A DNA stretch of 62,197 nt, counting the filler, from Asterionella formosa (Eukaryota), in NCBI GenBank assembly GCA_002256025.1. It is 27 parts of 27 records of this genome, joined end to end, with 100 filler letters (N's around TTAATTAATTAA, not from the genome) between each part and the next. Parts side by side here need not be neighbours in the genome. Positions count along the whole stretch, not along the records: positions 25,415 to 27,628 come from NKIB01000221.1; positions 27,729 to 29,936 come from NKIB01000222.1; positions 30,037 to 32,243 come from NKIB01000224.1; positions 32,344 to 34,550 come from NKIB01000225.1; positions 34,651 to 36,855 come from NKIB01000226.1; positions 36,956 to 39,160 come from NKIB01000227.1; 21 more parts are not named here. The stretch is one strand, 5' to 3'. How positions within the stretch are numbered: the first letter of the stretch is position 1; each line of letters starts with the position of its first letter. The translations under genes and the position numbers were made by a program. This document shows positions 25,544-38,116 of this stretch, piece by piece. The notes beneath the pieces were generated by a model, which saw only the letters and a list, made by a program, of their open reading frames with translations, was not told the DNA's origin and made no database searches.

Positions 25544-25800
25544 GGTGAAAATGTTTCCTCTTCATCCACTTTGTCATGCGCCGCTTCATGGGAGGGAAAT
25601 GTGTTGGGTGAATCTGTTGACGGAAAACTACGGATTGGCAAACTCGACGTAGTAGAAAACATGATACCGCCAATGCCGTGACGAAGGGGGTTCCAATCTG
25701 CAATACTGGAGTTCTGAAGGCCAAGCAGGAAACTCTGGACGTTTGCTTCGGCTGCAGCGCCTGAAGCAAAGATGAGAAGGCATGAATGGAGCAAATTCAT
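25544..25800 (-). pseudogene. 5' part of a probable secreted protein gene interrupted by the pogo insertion
   Basis: MNLLHSCLLIFASGAAA-EA is signal-peptide-like, and the ORF runs into the TA|CCGTAAAACC terminus. Confidence 0.45.
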
Positions 25801-26814
25801 TTTCACTTTGCAATGGATTGGCATTACCATATTTCTCATGCTACTTAAGACGGCAATCAGTTTTGAAAAGTTTGACTGAAGATTGTGAAGAGAGGATCGG
25901 GCAAATCTTCCTTTTTGGAATCTTTTTGACGTTGTTGATTTCCTAAGCGGTCTTTTTTACTCCGGACATATGAGCACACCGTTTTGTCAAGACATTGAAG
26001 CCCATGCGTGACTAAAAGGTAACTGGTACTCAGTACCAGGTACCGGGGCGGAGGGAAATATGATAAGTCAATACCGGTATGTAAAAAATGGTTAACATTA
26101 TATAGTAGAAATTCCTCAACGGACATAAAGTACCTCGCGACCTCCTCTGAAATCGACAGCGTTAAGGTTGCGGCCAAGCAGTTACATTGCGAGGTCTGCT
26201 TTTTTCCCAAAACATACCATGACCTGGTAGTTATAAGATGTATCTCAATCCAATTGTTAAATTTGAATATATTTGAATTAAATAGGAATTGGCGCCAGAT
26301 TGATAGAGTTCCATTTTAAACAAACAAAAATGATATTTAAACGTTTTTACTATATCTCCGTTGCTGTGTGTATACATGATTTTACTCAACGCCAAAACAC
26401 ATGCCAGTATAATATCAGGAGTATGCCAACATGCATGCTCATGGTCCGTGCTAAAACGTCTACCGGAATACAACACCGGTATTAAATCTTGCGCTGCTGT
26501 ATGTAGTTTAAACATCACTCCACGCACAAACGTACGTATATAAATTTCTAACGGAGTACTAGAGTAAGTACCAGTAGGTCTATGGTGGTGCAATGTGTTG
26601 CAGCGACAACATGACGTCGCGAAGTCATTTTGAAATATTATTGTTGCGCATGTGCACCTTTTCAATATTCATCTTGCACATCACCACACAGAAATGCAAA
26701 TAAACAGCAAACTCACCAAATGTGATGATTGAAAGCGGTCACTGGTTCTTGCTATCGCTAACATGCAATTTCTTTTGTTTTACTAACCAATTTACTCTAC
26801 AATCAACCTTTGCT

Positions 26815-27628
26815 TCATCCGCAACCTTTGGAGAATTTTGAGTGGAGGAACTGGGGATGGAGACTGTGGAAAGTGTCTTTGTTGCTGTCGCAATGATTCA
26901 GGAAGCATGCGATGATCGGCTTGATGAATTTTACATCAAAGAGTCGCATCCTTTCAGTGACATCTGAGTGGATGAGACGCTCCATTTTTCTTGCAAGATT
27001 CAAGATCAACTCAAGCTTCTCATGAGAATTTTTCGTTTTTGCAACCTCAAAAATCTCGTCAAATTCTATGGACCCACTTTTCCGGATTTTCTTTGGTGCT
27101 GTGGGGATGGTAGCAGCATCCGTTATTCCAATTGCATTAACTGTGTTAGTAGAACCATTTTCCTTTGTTGAATCTTGATAACTTGTAGTAGCAGCAATAG
27201 CATTAGAATAATACATCCGATTTTCTTCATTCTTCATAACTCGTGCATGTAGCACAATGTTGATCAGGCTGCGTAATTTTTCTGGACGAGGGGTACCTAG
27301 CTCGTTCAAAAATAACTGGAGCTGCTCATTGGCATTCTGCGGCCGTACGTAGCTCATAGCAAGGGTACATATGTGCGCAGGACTGAAGGAGCTTGGGTGT
27401 GACCTTGGGACATTCAATCGATCATGTACATACCTTGTAGAAAGCTCCGAAATTTCGCACTGAAAAACCACCGATGGTAGGTTTAATACTACCGGTAGTG
27501 TAGCTGTTGTCACCTTGACAAATATAGACTTGAATGTACGCACTTTGTTTAAATGATTGTTGTGTATGTGGGCAATTGCTAGCTGGGCTTCTGCATCCTC
27601 AACATATAACATTGCAGTCTTGAGTGAC
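26815..27628 (-). CDS. Hypothetical protein, 5' truncated, with a C-terminal Cys/His cluster; possibly TE-associated
   Basis: A 265+ aa open frame ending PIIACFLNHCD..F...HPQF..SKFSKGCG. Family not recognised. Confidence 0.4.
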
Positions 27629-27728
27629 NNNNNNNNNNNNNNNNNNNNNNNNNNNNNNNNNNNNNNNNNNNNTTAATTAATTAANNNNNNNNNNNNNNNN
27701 NNNNNNNNNNNNNNNNNNNNNNNNNNNN

Positions 27729-29936
27729 TTGATTTCAAATCGTCTACGTGCCAAGTAACTGTGTGCTGCTTGCCATTAACAATGCGATTTGCAACACATG
27801 GATCATATGGGTTTACCTTGAATCCAATTGACTCAATATCCTTCCGAAATTTCTTGTAATATAATAATGATGACTATAACATGCCATATAATGCCTTGAT
27901 CATCCTAACATATAGGACCTTGTTGTTCCCTTCATAAACAACATATTTTTCATAAGTCTCGGGGCTGAGTTCTGTCAACATATTGACAAGTAAACCTCTA
28001 ATCTTCATAATGATTTGCTCCCCTTTTTCTTTCTCATCGATATCCACTTGCACAAATGCATTGGGTATATCCGCAGTCATAACATCGCGATTTTGCTTCG
28101 CATCAATCGTTGCTGTTATCATAACAGATTCAGTCATGGTAGTTGGACTAGCTGCTTCATCTCTTTCCATGTATTCACGTTGCGAACTGCCATTGGCACA
28201 TGCTCTGCCTTTAATGCTCTTATCTCTCTTTTCAACCAAAAAAATTAGGCTTTCCATTGCACGTCGCTTTTCGATATCGGTTAGGTCTTCAATCCTAATC
28301 GGTTCAAACACAACTCTATCATGTAGTTGTTTCATTTCTTTATAGGCAGCGTCTCTTCCTTTCTGGCCAAATTTCTTGAGGCCTTTCCTTAAGCTGTATG
28401 ACTGAACAAAGTGAAATGCTTCTTTATCGATACACATCTCATTCATATAACACATTGTCTTTGCGATCACTTTCGCATTATCAGTCGTGTATTCTTCTCG
28501 ACAGTGTGCTTGGGTATGCAAATGATTTTGGACCATAGTTAGTTTTGATGGTGGTCTTGAGACTCTTCCAGACCTTGTAGTTCTAACATTTGGGTCTGAG
28601 TCATCCTGAGTGCTTGGATTGACTTCTAACGTTGCCTCTTCATGTTCAGTTTCATTTGCTGGCTCTTCATCCTCATCTTGGATATCATCTGCATTCATTT
28701 CGATATTATTCTCATTGTTGCCCTCGTCAGGTTCAGGGTCATCCTCTTGAGTATTGTCGTTTAATTCGAGCTGTTCTGCTTCATATATTTCATCCGGAGT
28801 CATTGCGTCATAGTCTTCTTCTCCGAGAATTTCATCATTGCTTTCGTTGTCACTAGCATCTTGATCTTCATAATCTTCATCTTGTGCATCTTCAAATGCT
28901 TCGTTATCATAATCCACTCCTGCAATCCAAGCACTATCATAAAATAGTTGTCCTGTTCGATTTGATATCTTGAGACCATCTGGCATATTTTCTTGCACAG
29001 CAAGGGCGTGTACTTGATTCATGATTGCTGGGGTAAGTGGTAGAGGAGTAATTGTTCGTCTAGTGATCAATGAATTTGTAGGTAGGTGTAACAATTCATG
29101 ACCTCCTTGCACATTGTCATTGTAGCGTAGAAAAATGCAATCTAGGCTGCGGGGTGCATTAGTGTTTGAAAACACAGGTTCTTCATGTGCTTGGACATAA
29201 GTGCCAAATGTATACTGGCAATGTCGAGCATAGTCCAGGTTTCGTTGATGTAAAATCATACGAGGACTGTAATACGGGGATATCCCGTTCTTTGCCGGAA
29301 AGAAATTCAGTTTCCTTGCAGATTCTGTCACTAGAATCTTAATCATCAGTCGCGGCAAATGTTTGAAAGGTAATCGATGATAAGCTGCGCGCACGCGTTC
29401 TTTAATCACTCGATTATTTCGCTCCGCTTCGGGAACATGTTCTTGTGGGTTTGCGTAGTTCATAGTGACTTGAAATTCATTGGAAATTTGTTCCATCAAA
29501 GGTCGAAACTCGTTGTCACAGTGGATTGTTGTAATTTTAAATCCTCCGGTATTATAAACACGGAATACTTGAATCAAAGCATCTCGATAGACTTCAGCTG
29601 TCTGATTCTTGACCCATTGCGCTGTCCTATACATAATGTTTCGAGAAATTGTTGTGAGAAATGATTGTCCATTGACTTTCATTCCGTCCATGCAAAGAGT
29701 CACTTCGCGTTGAGCTTGAATAAGCTCCTTAGGAATCTCGATGTAGTCGTTCACGACTGGCAGCGGCTTGCGACGAGTTGTCTTGCCTTTTAGTGTTCCG
29801 ATGTCAGGCCCAAAAATTTTCTCTGCAATTTTGATATCATCGGTAGTCACTGGATTATTGTTGATCGTATTCATACGAATTATTGCCTTGAAATCATTAA
29901 TTGATGGTGTACCCAAGGCATGAAATAGATCACGAG
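27729..29936 (-). mobile_element. Diatom-type Ty1/Copia (CoDi-like) pol: integrase plus RT, with one premature TAG at 27874-27876
   Basis: HCDNEF, NPQEHVPEAERNNRVIKER, KGRACANG, ADIPNAFVQ and KALYGML*SSLLYYKK..NPYDPCVAN..WHVDDLK. Integrase precedes RT. Confidence 0.93.
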
Positions 29937-30036
29937 NNNNNNNNNNNNNNNNNNNNNNNNNNNNNNNNNNNNNNNNNNNNTTAATTAATTAANNNNNNNN
30001 NNNNNNNNNNNNNNNNNNNNNNNNNNNNNNNNNNNN

Positions 30037-32070
30037 GTCGTAAAGTGTCAGATGTTAAAATGTTTTTAAACAAGTTTCTTGACAAAAATGCATATCCCGA
30101 TGGAAAATTGCCATGTATCCCACCTGAGTATTGTGTCTCCCAATCTAATGGCAAATACGCAACGGCAAACGAGTGGTGCCGTGTTATATCGCATAATCCT
30201 ATTATGCCTGCACTAATAAATCATTTTTTTGGTGGTGACTTAGAAGGATTATTTGGTGCAACTCCATTTGAGGTTCTTCATCAATTACTACTTGGAATAT
30301 TTAAGTTCGCACATTTTGGAATCTTTGTACAATTATCGGACTATCCCTGAAGAATGGACATGTTTTTTAAAAGAAAGAAAATCTCCAGATATTCCAGAAA
30401 ACAACTCCAATCATATACGTAACACTGAAACAAAAGACTCTGCTTTTCTTGATCAAGAGCAACCGAAGAAACGGGCAAAGACCAAAAAGGACACACGCAC
30501 CAGCTATCAAAAATATCTACACTGGCAAAAATCAAGACCCAACACTTGTACCAGCACCAGAAATGTATTTTCGAAACTATAATTCGAACAGGGTGCTATA
30601 TATATCAATAGTCACTTGGAAAGGCAAAGCGATCGTGATATTCCAAAATTGTCATACAGATCTGGGATGATAGCTTTGTCGAAAATGTCAGGGCAAGAAA
30701 TTCCCGGATTATGTCTGTTAACTATTTTTTCAATGGGTGGAATGATGGGTTCAGAGAACCTGCACCTAGAAAAGGATTTCACATTGCTGTTATGGCTATG
30801 TATATCTATCAATGACACTTTATTCATACCACAATATACATCAACATGTATTGATATTTTAGAGGAAAGGGTGAAGAGATTTATGTCAGTTACTAAGATT
30901 ATGATTGGGCCCCAACGGGAAATGATATCTCAAATTGGCCTGGCTTACGAATGGCAAAATTTCATGGAATGAAACATTACCCTCATCTGATTAGGAAGTT
31001 CGCTCTGATCTCCTCTTAATTTCTTTGGTGGATATTTGGAGTCTTTTTTGAAAGACAAATTGAAAATACCCAGTAAGCGTGTCAATGGACAATTACATCG
31101 ATTAAAGCATGACATTTTAACAAGGTCATATGAAACAAGGCAGTTTGCCTTGGCACGAAAAATTGTTTTTGTAAGTGATTCATTACATATAGAAAACAAA
31201 CAAAAGAAGATGAGTGAAGTATACATCAATGTAACTGAGGGTATTTCAACAGAAATTGATTTCGAAGGAATGATTCCGGATACAATGATGTTGCCTAGTA
31301 GGTCGCCTGAAAATTTTGGAATATCGCCTACCAAAATCCATTCACCAGCCCTTCCTGTTAAAGTTCAATTTTCTGCTTCATCATCAAATGGTCTATGGAC
31401 TATAGCAGGTGTCCCTAATAAGATTGGGCATGTATCACGGAGTAAGGATGCACCCTTGTCTCAATTGGTTCATCCTGATTTACCGAAGGGGGCCAACTAC
31501 GTAAAGAGCATTGCGAATTCAGCAATAGAAATAGCAAAAATCAAAAGTCTTGAAGATGGGATTGGGCCTGTTTCCATTGTAAGGATTGACTTTTATTATC
31601 ATGTTAAAATTGAAATTAACGTTCCCGGCCAAACTACTATTTTCAGATGCCATCCGAAATGGAATAATGATTCAACGGCAGGAATCTCTGGTCGTGAATG
31701 GTTTGACTGGGTCGAAGTGAACTGGGAGAAGGGAGATGGATCAAGTTCCTACACATTTCCTGCAAAACTACTTCTTTGGGGAAATGTTTTTTTCTCCAAC
31801 ACAACAACCATTCTCTTAGCGTGTATTCGTTCCTTGAAAAGTTCAACTGAAATGAAAATTCATAAACGTATGTTTTTTGCAAGAGGAGACACCTTATGCA
31901 ATGATACAACTGAATTGAGCGTTGTTGAATTTCATAACATGATACTTTCGGCAGCATTTGTTGTTCCTGCTTTGAAACCACAGGAATCAAGGAAATCTCT
32001 GAAACACACCGCAAGAAGTTTTGGAACAGATACGTAAAGATAATTTTTATGTTGTAATGCCTCCACGTAA
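30037..32070 (+). pseudogene. Plavaka-like transposase, frameshifted
   Basis: TPFEVLHQLLLG; RQSDRDIPKLSYRSG..SKMSGQE; KFHGMKHY; SPLNFFGGYLESFLK..K.P; FRCHPKW..WFDWVEVNW..FPAKL. Confidence 0.65.
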
Positions 32071-33169
32071 TTTATGGAAATCAATCAGGTTGGACCAAAA
32101 ACTAACAAGCAAACGTTGATAAATATATTAGAATAATATAAATTATAATGGTAACAATATATTTTCTCATACTAAATTGGTTATTATGAGGTTTTCACAA
32201 ACTACAATTTCCTAAGAAATGAATATCCAATGGTCCATTATTTNNNNNNNNNNNNNNNNNNNNNNNNNNNNNNNNNNNNNNNNNNNNTTAATTAATTAAN
32301 NNNNNNNNNNNNNNNNNNNNNNNNNNNNNNNNNNNNNNNNNNNAGAAAACGAGCAACCTGCACGCTATGTGCGCTGATTACAGGACCTTCCAGCCACTCA
32401 CAAGAACTACTCCTACACTCTAGCGATTTATATTTAAAAACAAATCGCAACATCTAAGCTAAATAATTATATGCTATCGTCTACAAGGGCTTCCTCGGGT
32501 ACCCTGAGCATATATCCTAGTATTTATTAACCATAGTAAATGTGATATGTATGATTATTTGCAAATATGCTGGTACCTTGTATTCATACGCTGTTGCATC
32601 AGGCGTGATAATGACTGTGACTACCAGTACTGGTACTGGTATATACCGGTAGACATGCCGGTAACGTAACGGATGTTCATAATAGTCCTACTGTAGCATG
32701 GCTATGATGAGGGGAAATATTGTACATACCAGTACCTGGTACGTCATTTGAAAAAGGGTCATTGAGAAAATCTACTGCCCTCATGTTCTGTCTTTGTCAG
32801 CAAATTCTCGTCGTAATCAGCAAATTCTAGTCCTAGTCAGCAAGTTCCATTCGTAGTCAGCGAGTGCTAAACGTAAAAAACTTTCGTATTTGTATTTCGA
32901 AGCAAGAAGAGGACGGTTTGCTGAGCAGTTTGATCAGGCAGCAAATCCGTGTCGTGTTCAGAATTTGACTCTGCAAATCTTCATCAGTCAATAAGAGTAA
33001 CGTATCCTAAATTACTTAAGGAATATTATTTTCATCGAAAGCTGGCCTATCTCGTCCGCAGGCATGGGACAAATCATTGGGAGTGAATTGTAACTGTAAA
33101 GGTGGTGCGCAGAAAACGTGCGGTACCTGACCTTCCTGTAGATACCAATGTCACCTTGTTTGTACTACG

Positions 33170-33598
33170 AGAACGTGTTCTTGCGTACCATCCATCACCT
33201 ATAGATACCAGAAACCCCATCTTGACTACAGTGACGAAGAAATGAAAAAAGATAATCCCATGCCCTGGGGGTTAATCATGGCACTAAGCGCTGGTGGTAA
33301 TGAATTGAATGTGTGGGATGGTGAAACTAGTTTAAGAAGTGATGATGTTATTCCTCCAAATAATTTTGCCGCTTCATTGGAGATTCCAATGAAAATGATT
33401 TTTCTCATGCGTGGAGATACAGTACATGGTGGTGCGTTAAACAATACGAAAAACGATGGTGCCTTACCGCTTTATTTTTATCTCTCACCTGGTAACAAGG
33501 CCAGTTCTCTTGCAGTACACTGTAATCACATAGGTACACTCAATATACAACGGGTGACAATTCCCACTAGAAGTGTTTCCACCACAATCCATTTGTAG
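33170..33598 (+). CDS. 2OG-Fe(II) dioxygenase-like (DSBH) domain; start unclear, possibly a pseudogene
   Basis: Reading upstream in frame from the listed ORF gives YQKPHLDY (HxD at 33218-33226), followed by PWGLIMALS..ELNVW and MRGDTVHGG (distal His at 33425). Confidence 0.6.
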   Translation, partial: RTCSCVPSITYRYQKPHLDYSDEEMKKDNPMPWGLIMALSAGGNELNVWDGETSLRSDDVIPPNNFAASLEIPMKMIFLMRGDTVHGGALNNTKNDGALPLYFYLSPGNKASSLAVHCNHIGTLNIQRVTIPTRSVSTTIHL

Positions 33599-34369
33599 AT
33601 TGTCATCAACATCCACAATAACACTCACATTGGTGGGATGGAGTTCATGTGCTATGAATCAAATGAGATTTTGGATTCTTGTTTTGAAAATCCCAATATG
33701 CAAGTGATTTAAATGCCTCAACTTCTTTTTTTAAAATGTACTAAATTAAAAGTTTTCGCAGCATAAGAAAAACTTCTTTGGGAGTTTGAGAATAAAGTTC
33801 TTCCCATCGCTCGAAATGTTGTTTTGTTTTCGGAATGTTCAGGTACATGGAGGTTCGAAGACATGAGTTGACATGCATTTTCCTCTGAATATTAACTACC
33901 TTCAGGATTCTCAATGGTGGTATTATTGACAAAAACGTTTTCAGCTTCATATGCTGATTCAATAAAAATACAATTTCGATCATCCCTGTAATTGGACATG
34001 ACGAATTTGGAAAGCTTTTACTTAGTCTTGCTCGCTATTTTATTCTGTTGTTCGACAACTTGATTTCTTTCACAATATCCTGAACAGAAGTTTGATTAAT
34101 GAACAATGAAACATTTTTTAAGGCAGGTTTGTCGTCAGCTGGATAATGGGTTGCCCTGCCCCTACAAGCAGCTTTGAAGCTTGTGCCGCCTTCCCAGACG
34201 GTCGGAGTTTCCCCTAACGCTGCGGCTAAGATGGTCACCTTTTGCGAAAGGTGGTTGGAAACTCACCTATGTTAACAAAACTAGGGAAGCACAGGTCTTG
34301 TTGGTAGGCAGGTAGTAGCACAATGAAAGACTTACCAAGAAATAGGGGAGTACGAACAGGCTATAAAAC

Positions 34370-34550
34370 ATACTATCCTATCATTCAAGCACATTCCAAT
34401 GGCATAGTCACTTTTCAATGAACTATGCATATTATGGAACAAATTAATATTCGTTGTATCCCTCTCAGTATGGGAGAGTGAGCAATCCCGTACATCAATA
34501 CAAATGTATATAGGATTAAGGTTTTATCATTTATATCAGAACTCAATAAC
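34370..34550 (+). mobile_element. Gypsy 3' end: integrase C-terminal remnant, PPT and start of the 3' LTR (34479)
   Basis: YPIIQAHSNGIVTFQ*TMHIMEQINIR, then tgggagag|tgagcaat; homologous to 1-270. Confidence 0.8.
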
Positions 34551-35930
34551 NNNNNNNNNNNNNNNNNNNNNNNNNNNNNNNNNNNNNNNNNNNNTTAATT
34601 AATTAANNNNNNNNNNNNNNNNNNNNNNNNNNNNNNNNNNNNNNNNNNNNTATATGTATTATACACTTATGGCATAGGTATGAGATTTCTTTGTTGTATG
34701 TGCGTATGGCGATGCTCATGATGTTTGTGTCATGGTGTGAACGTGATTGGGTCATTTTCTTGCTTTGACAACTATGATAACAATACGACTAAACATACAT
34801 AGATATTAATACTACCGCGACCGGTCCTGCTATAGGTTGCTGGTGATTTTTTGGTGGGTCATCAACAAGAATCATTTACCCGCAGATATTCTCTGTACTT
34901 AGTTATACGACCTTCTTATTGCTTCACACCCTGAATTTTAGGTCAAACCGACACCTAAAAAATGGTCGGTACAAAATGTACACACGAGAATGACTTCTAC
35001 CTCGGGCGGACCACACCCATCCATACCTAATACAGAAAGTACTGATAATACCTTACAGTGCGGAGCAGATGACAAAAAATATTGTAACTATTTATAGTAT
35101 ACGCATGATACTTAAATTACGACTCACATCACTTCATTTCAACCTCAACCAAATGATAGAATGTAGATGAAATGAATACATAGCTAGCTATAAGTAGTGT
35201 CAGTACTACTTGTTCAGTTGAAAATTGTTGACAACATTCTACAATGGCATGATTCTTCGGTTGGCTGCTTGAACCAAATTAATTCCCTTGCTCATTTCAA
35301 TAACTAGAGGTTATTATTATATTCAAACCACGCGTCAGCCTTCATTTTGTGTGGCAAGTCTGGACATGTTAAAATAAGCAACCCCCATTATACGGTATCA
35401 GTTCTACCGGACAAAGTAGGTACCCTGGTACCAGCATCCTGTGTACCAGGTACCTCCACCGAACAATCGTCCGGTATTTTTCTTGTTTGAGAAACCGGTA
35501 TACCGGTATCTGGTACAAGGGTACCGGGTACGGAGTGTATGTATACCTGGTACCTCCTTGTAAAGTATTCGTACTGATATTATTTTCGTATTCTATCGCC
35601 AACTACATGCTGGAGTGTCTATCATGTACAATTATGATATATTATTGCTAGTATATTACGTATGTAGGTACCGGTATGTTCACTTTTTAGACAATTATAC
35701 CAACCGTACTGTAATAGTGACAGCTATTGAGCGCTAATAGTAATCAAGTAGCACGGTGTACAAAGGTAGTGATTATGAATGGTTGTAATTTCGCTGTTGT
35801 AATCGTCTCGTTACAACCGAAACCGAACTCTCTTTCTCCTTTCCATTTTGTCTTGTCTAATCCCTTCATTTGAATTGATTACATTATCACATAATCAATA
35901 CAACCTACTCCCATTCCCTCCAATGTAAGC

Positions 35931-36224
35931 ATGTCATACACAAGTGGAAAATTCGCAGTTCAAGCAAAACAGGTTGCAGTAGATGATAAGGAGGCTGGTC
36001 ATTTGGCGGAAAACACCATTCTTGCCTATAGAAGAAAAATAGCGGAATTCCTTGATTTTTCTCGGTATGCCTTTCCATCTGAGGTGGATGGCATCCCACC
36101 TACAACAGTGACAGAAGAAAAGTTCTTTGGCTTTCTACAGTATCAATCAAGAAATCATCAGCAACCCATAGGACGGTCAACAATGCAAACCTGTGAAAGA
36201 ACAACTTTCAAAGGATGGTTATGA
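35931..36224 (+). pseudogene. Crypton/Ndc10-like tyrosine-recombinase N-terminal fragment
   Basis: NTILAYRRKIAEFLDF...VTEEKFFGFLQYQSR; truncated just before the Plavaka-like copy. Confidence 0.6.
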
Positions 36225-36284
36225 ATCTGTAATTTCCAACATTGATTGGATTTCAAGAAAGTCAATCAGAAAAAGTGTACTTAT

Positions 36285-36855
36285 CATCAAGACTTTTTAT
36301 TCTTGCTATTTCTATTGCTGAATTTGCAATGCTCTTTACGTAGTTGGCCCCGTTTGGAAAATCAGGATGAACCAATTGAGATAAGTGTGCATCCTTACTC
36401 CGTGATACCTACATGCCCAATCTTATTAGGGACACCTGCTATAGTCCTTAGACCATTTGATGATGAAGCAGAGAATTGAACATTAACAGGAAGGGATGGT
36501 GAATGGATCTTGGTAGGCGATATTCCCAAATTATCAGGCGATGTACTGGGCAACATCCTTGTATCCGGAATCATTCCTTCGAAATCAATTTCTGTTGAAA
36601 TACCCTCAGTTACATTCATATGTACTACTTTACTCATCTTCTTTTTTTATTTTCTGTATGTAATGTATCACTTACAAAAACAATTTTTCGTGCCAAGAAG
36701 GAAAACGGCCTTGTTTCATATGACCTTGCTTATTAAAATGTCATGCTTTAATCGATGTAATTGTCCATTGACACGCTTACTGGGTCACTCGTTTCAATTT
36801 GTCTTTCAAAAAAGACTCCAAATATCCACCAAAAAAATTATGAGGAGATCCGAGC
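36285..36855 (-). pseudogene. Second copy of the Plavaka-like transposase
   Basis: Direct nucleotide homology to ~31005-31560 (NVTEGISTEIDFEGMIPDT). Confidence 0.85.
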
Positions 36856-37111
36856 NNNNNNNNNNNNNNNNNNNNNNNNNNNNNNNNNNNNNNNNNNNNT
36901 TAATTAATTAANNNNNNNNNNNNNNNNNNNNNNNNNNNNNNNNNNNNNNNNNNNNTACCGGTAAGTGTGAGTTCTTCATGTGATGTGTACAACCGTAAAA
37001 CTTTGATCTCAGATGGATGACATTAGACACCACAAATATCCTTACTATTTCATTAAGTAAAATGCGTGTTGCGAATGTATTAGCCTCAAGAGCAGGATCT
37101 TAGTTGAACTT

Positions 37112-37488
37112 TCAAATGAATTATTTGAAACATCAACTAATTCAGTCTCGCGTTCAAAATTCATTGTGAAAACTTCACATGAAACAGTTAAAACTTCACA
37201 TGAAACCGTTAAAAGTAACCTTTTTACGTGAAGAGTGGCATTAATGCATGTGAAGTACCACATAATTAACACTCGTACGTAAACGAAATTTCGAAAAGTC
37301 AAATGAATTATTTGAAACATCAACTAATTCAGTCTCGCGTTCAAAATTCATTGTGAAAACTTCACATGAAACAGTTAAAACTTCACATGAAACCGTTAAA
37401 AGTAATCTTTTTTACGTGAAGAGTGGCATTTATGCATGTGAAGTACCACATAATTAACACTCATACGTAGACGAAATTTCGAAAAGTG
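37112..37488. repeat. 187-bp tandem duplication containing internal aaaacttcacatgaaac sub-repeats (also ~39417-39793)
   Basis: Units start at 37112 and 37299. Confidence 0.9.
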
Positions 37489-38098
37489 GCGTATTTCGCG
37501 TCTTAGATGAAGGGTGCTGGCCCCTGCCGGGTTCCGTTCCATCTGGCTACCGTCCCCATCGGATGATGAGCTTTCAACCGAAGAGTCAAAGTTTTGCTGT
37601 GCTGTGAGCGTTTCTGGCAGAATCTCCAGTCTCCTGCACAAATTCAGCTGTCCCAATTTCTTGGTTCAGCCCCCGAGGAGCTGCAGGTGGAACGACACTC
37701 CGTCGATTCCTATAATTTGTCGAAGCACGTGTTTGTTTTGGCACTTTTTTGGTCTCCCTTTGCCCGGAACCGCATCTCGACCTGCCAGGCTTAGAGAGAG
37801 GTCCCGCAAGTAGTCATGATAGTGAATACTCAGGTGGGAGTGGGGTAGGAGACAGAACTCCAGTGCATGCCACCCATAGCATCAAGAATCCTATCCCCTC
37901 TCCGTTGTTCGGTGGGGGAGGTAGTGGCAATCACTTCACTGTTGAGCACCAAACAGTACTAAGTTGTGTTGTTACTTGCCATTTCCCTCCCAGGGCCGGG
38001 TTCCTTTTCTTCCCTCTTTTTTATTTTATTTTTTAACTTATTTTTTCAATTTTTATTTTTTTTTTCCTATTTTTTTATAACTCTTTTCGCACCCATTG

Positions 38099-38116
38099 TT
38101 AGGGTTAGGGTTAGGG
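38099..38116 (+). repeat. (TTAGGG)3 telomere-type repeat (also 40404-40421)
   Basis: gttagggttagggttagggtt next to a T-rich tract. Confidence 0.85.

Noticed and set aside
17589..27876. In-frame TAG codons (17589, 27874) as stop-codon reassignment
   Set aside because: Intact genes here (e.g. the transposase at 10358) end in TAG, and conserved host genes have no internal TAG; single nonsense mutations suffice.
30037..36855. Apparent cluster of Plavaka, dioxygenase and Crypton as one system
   Set aside because: These are three separate contigs ordered by length; adjacency across linkers has no biological meaning.
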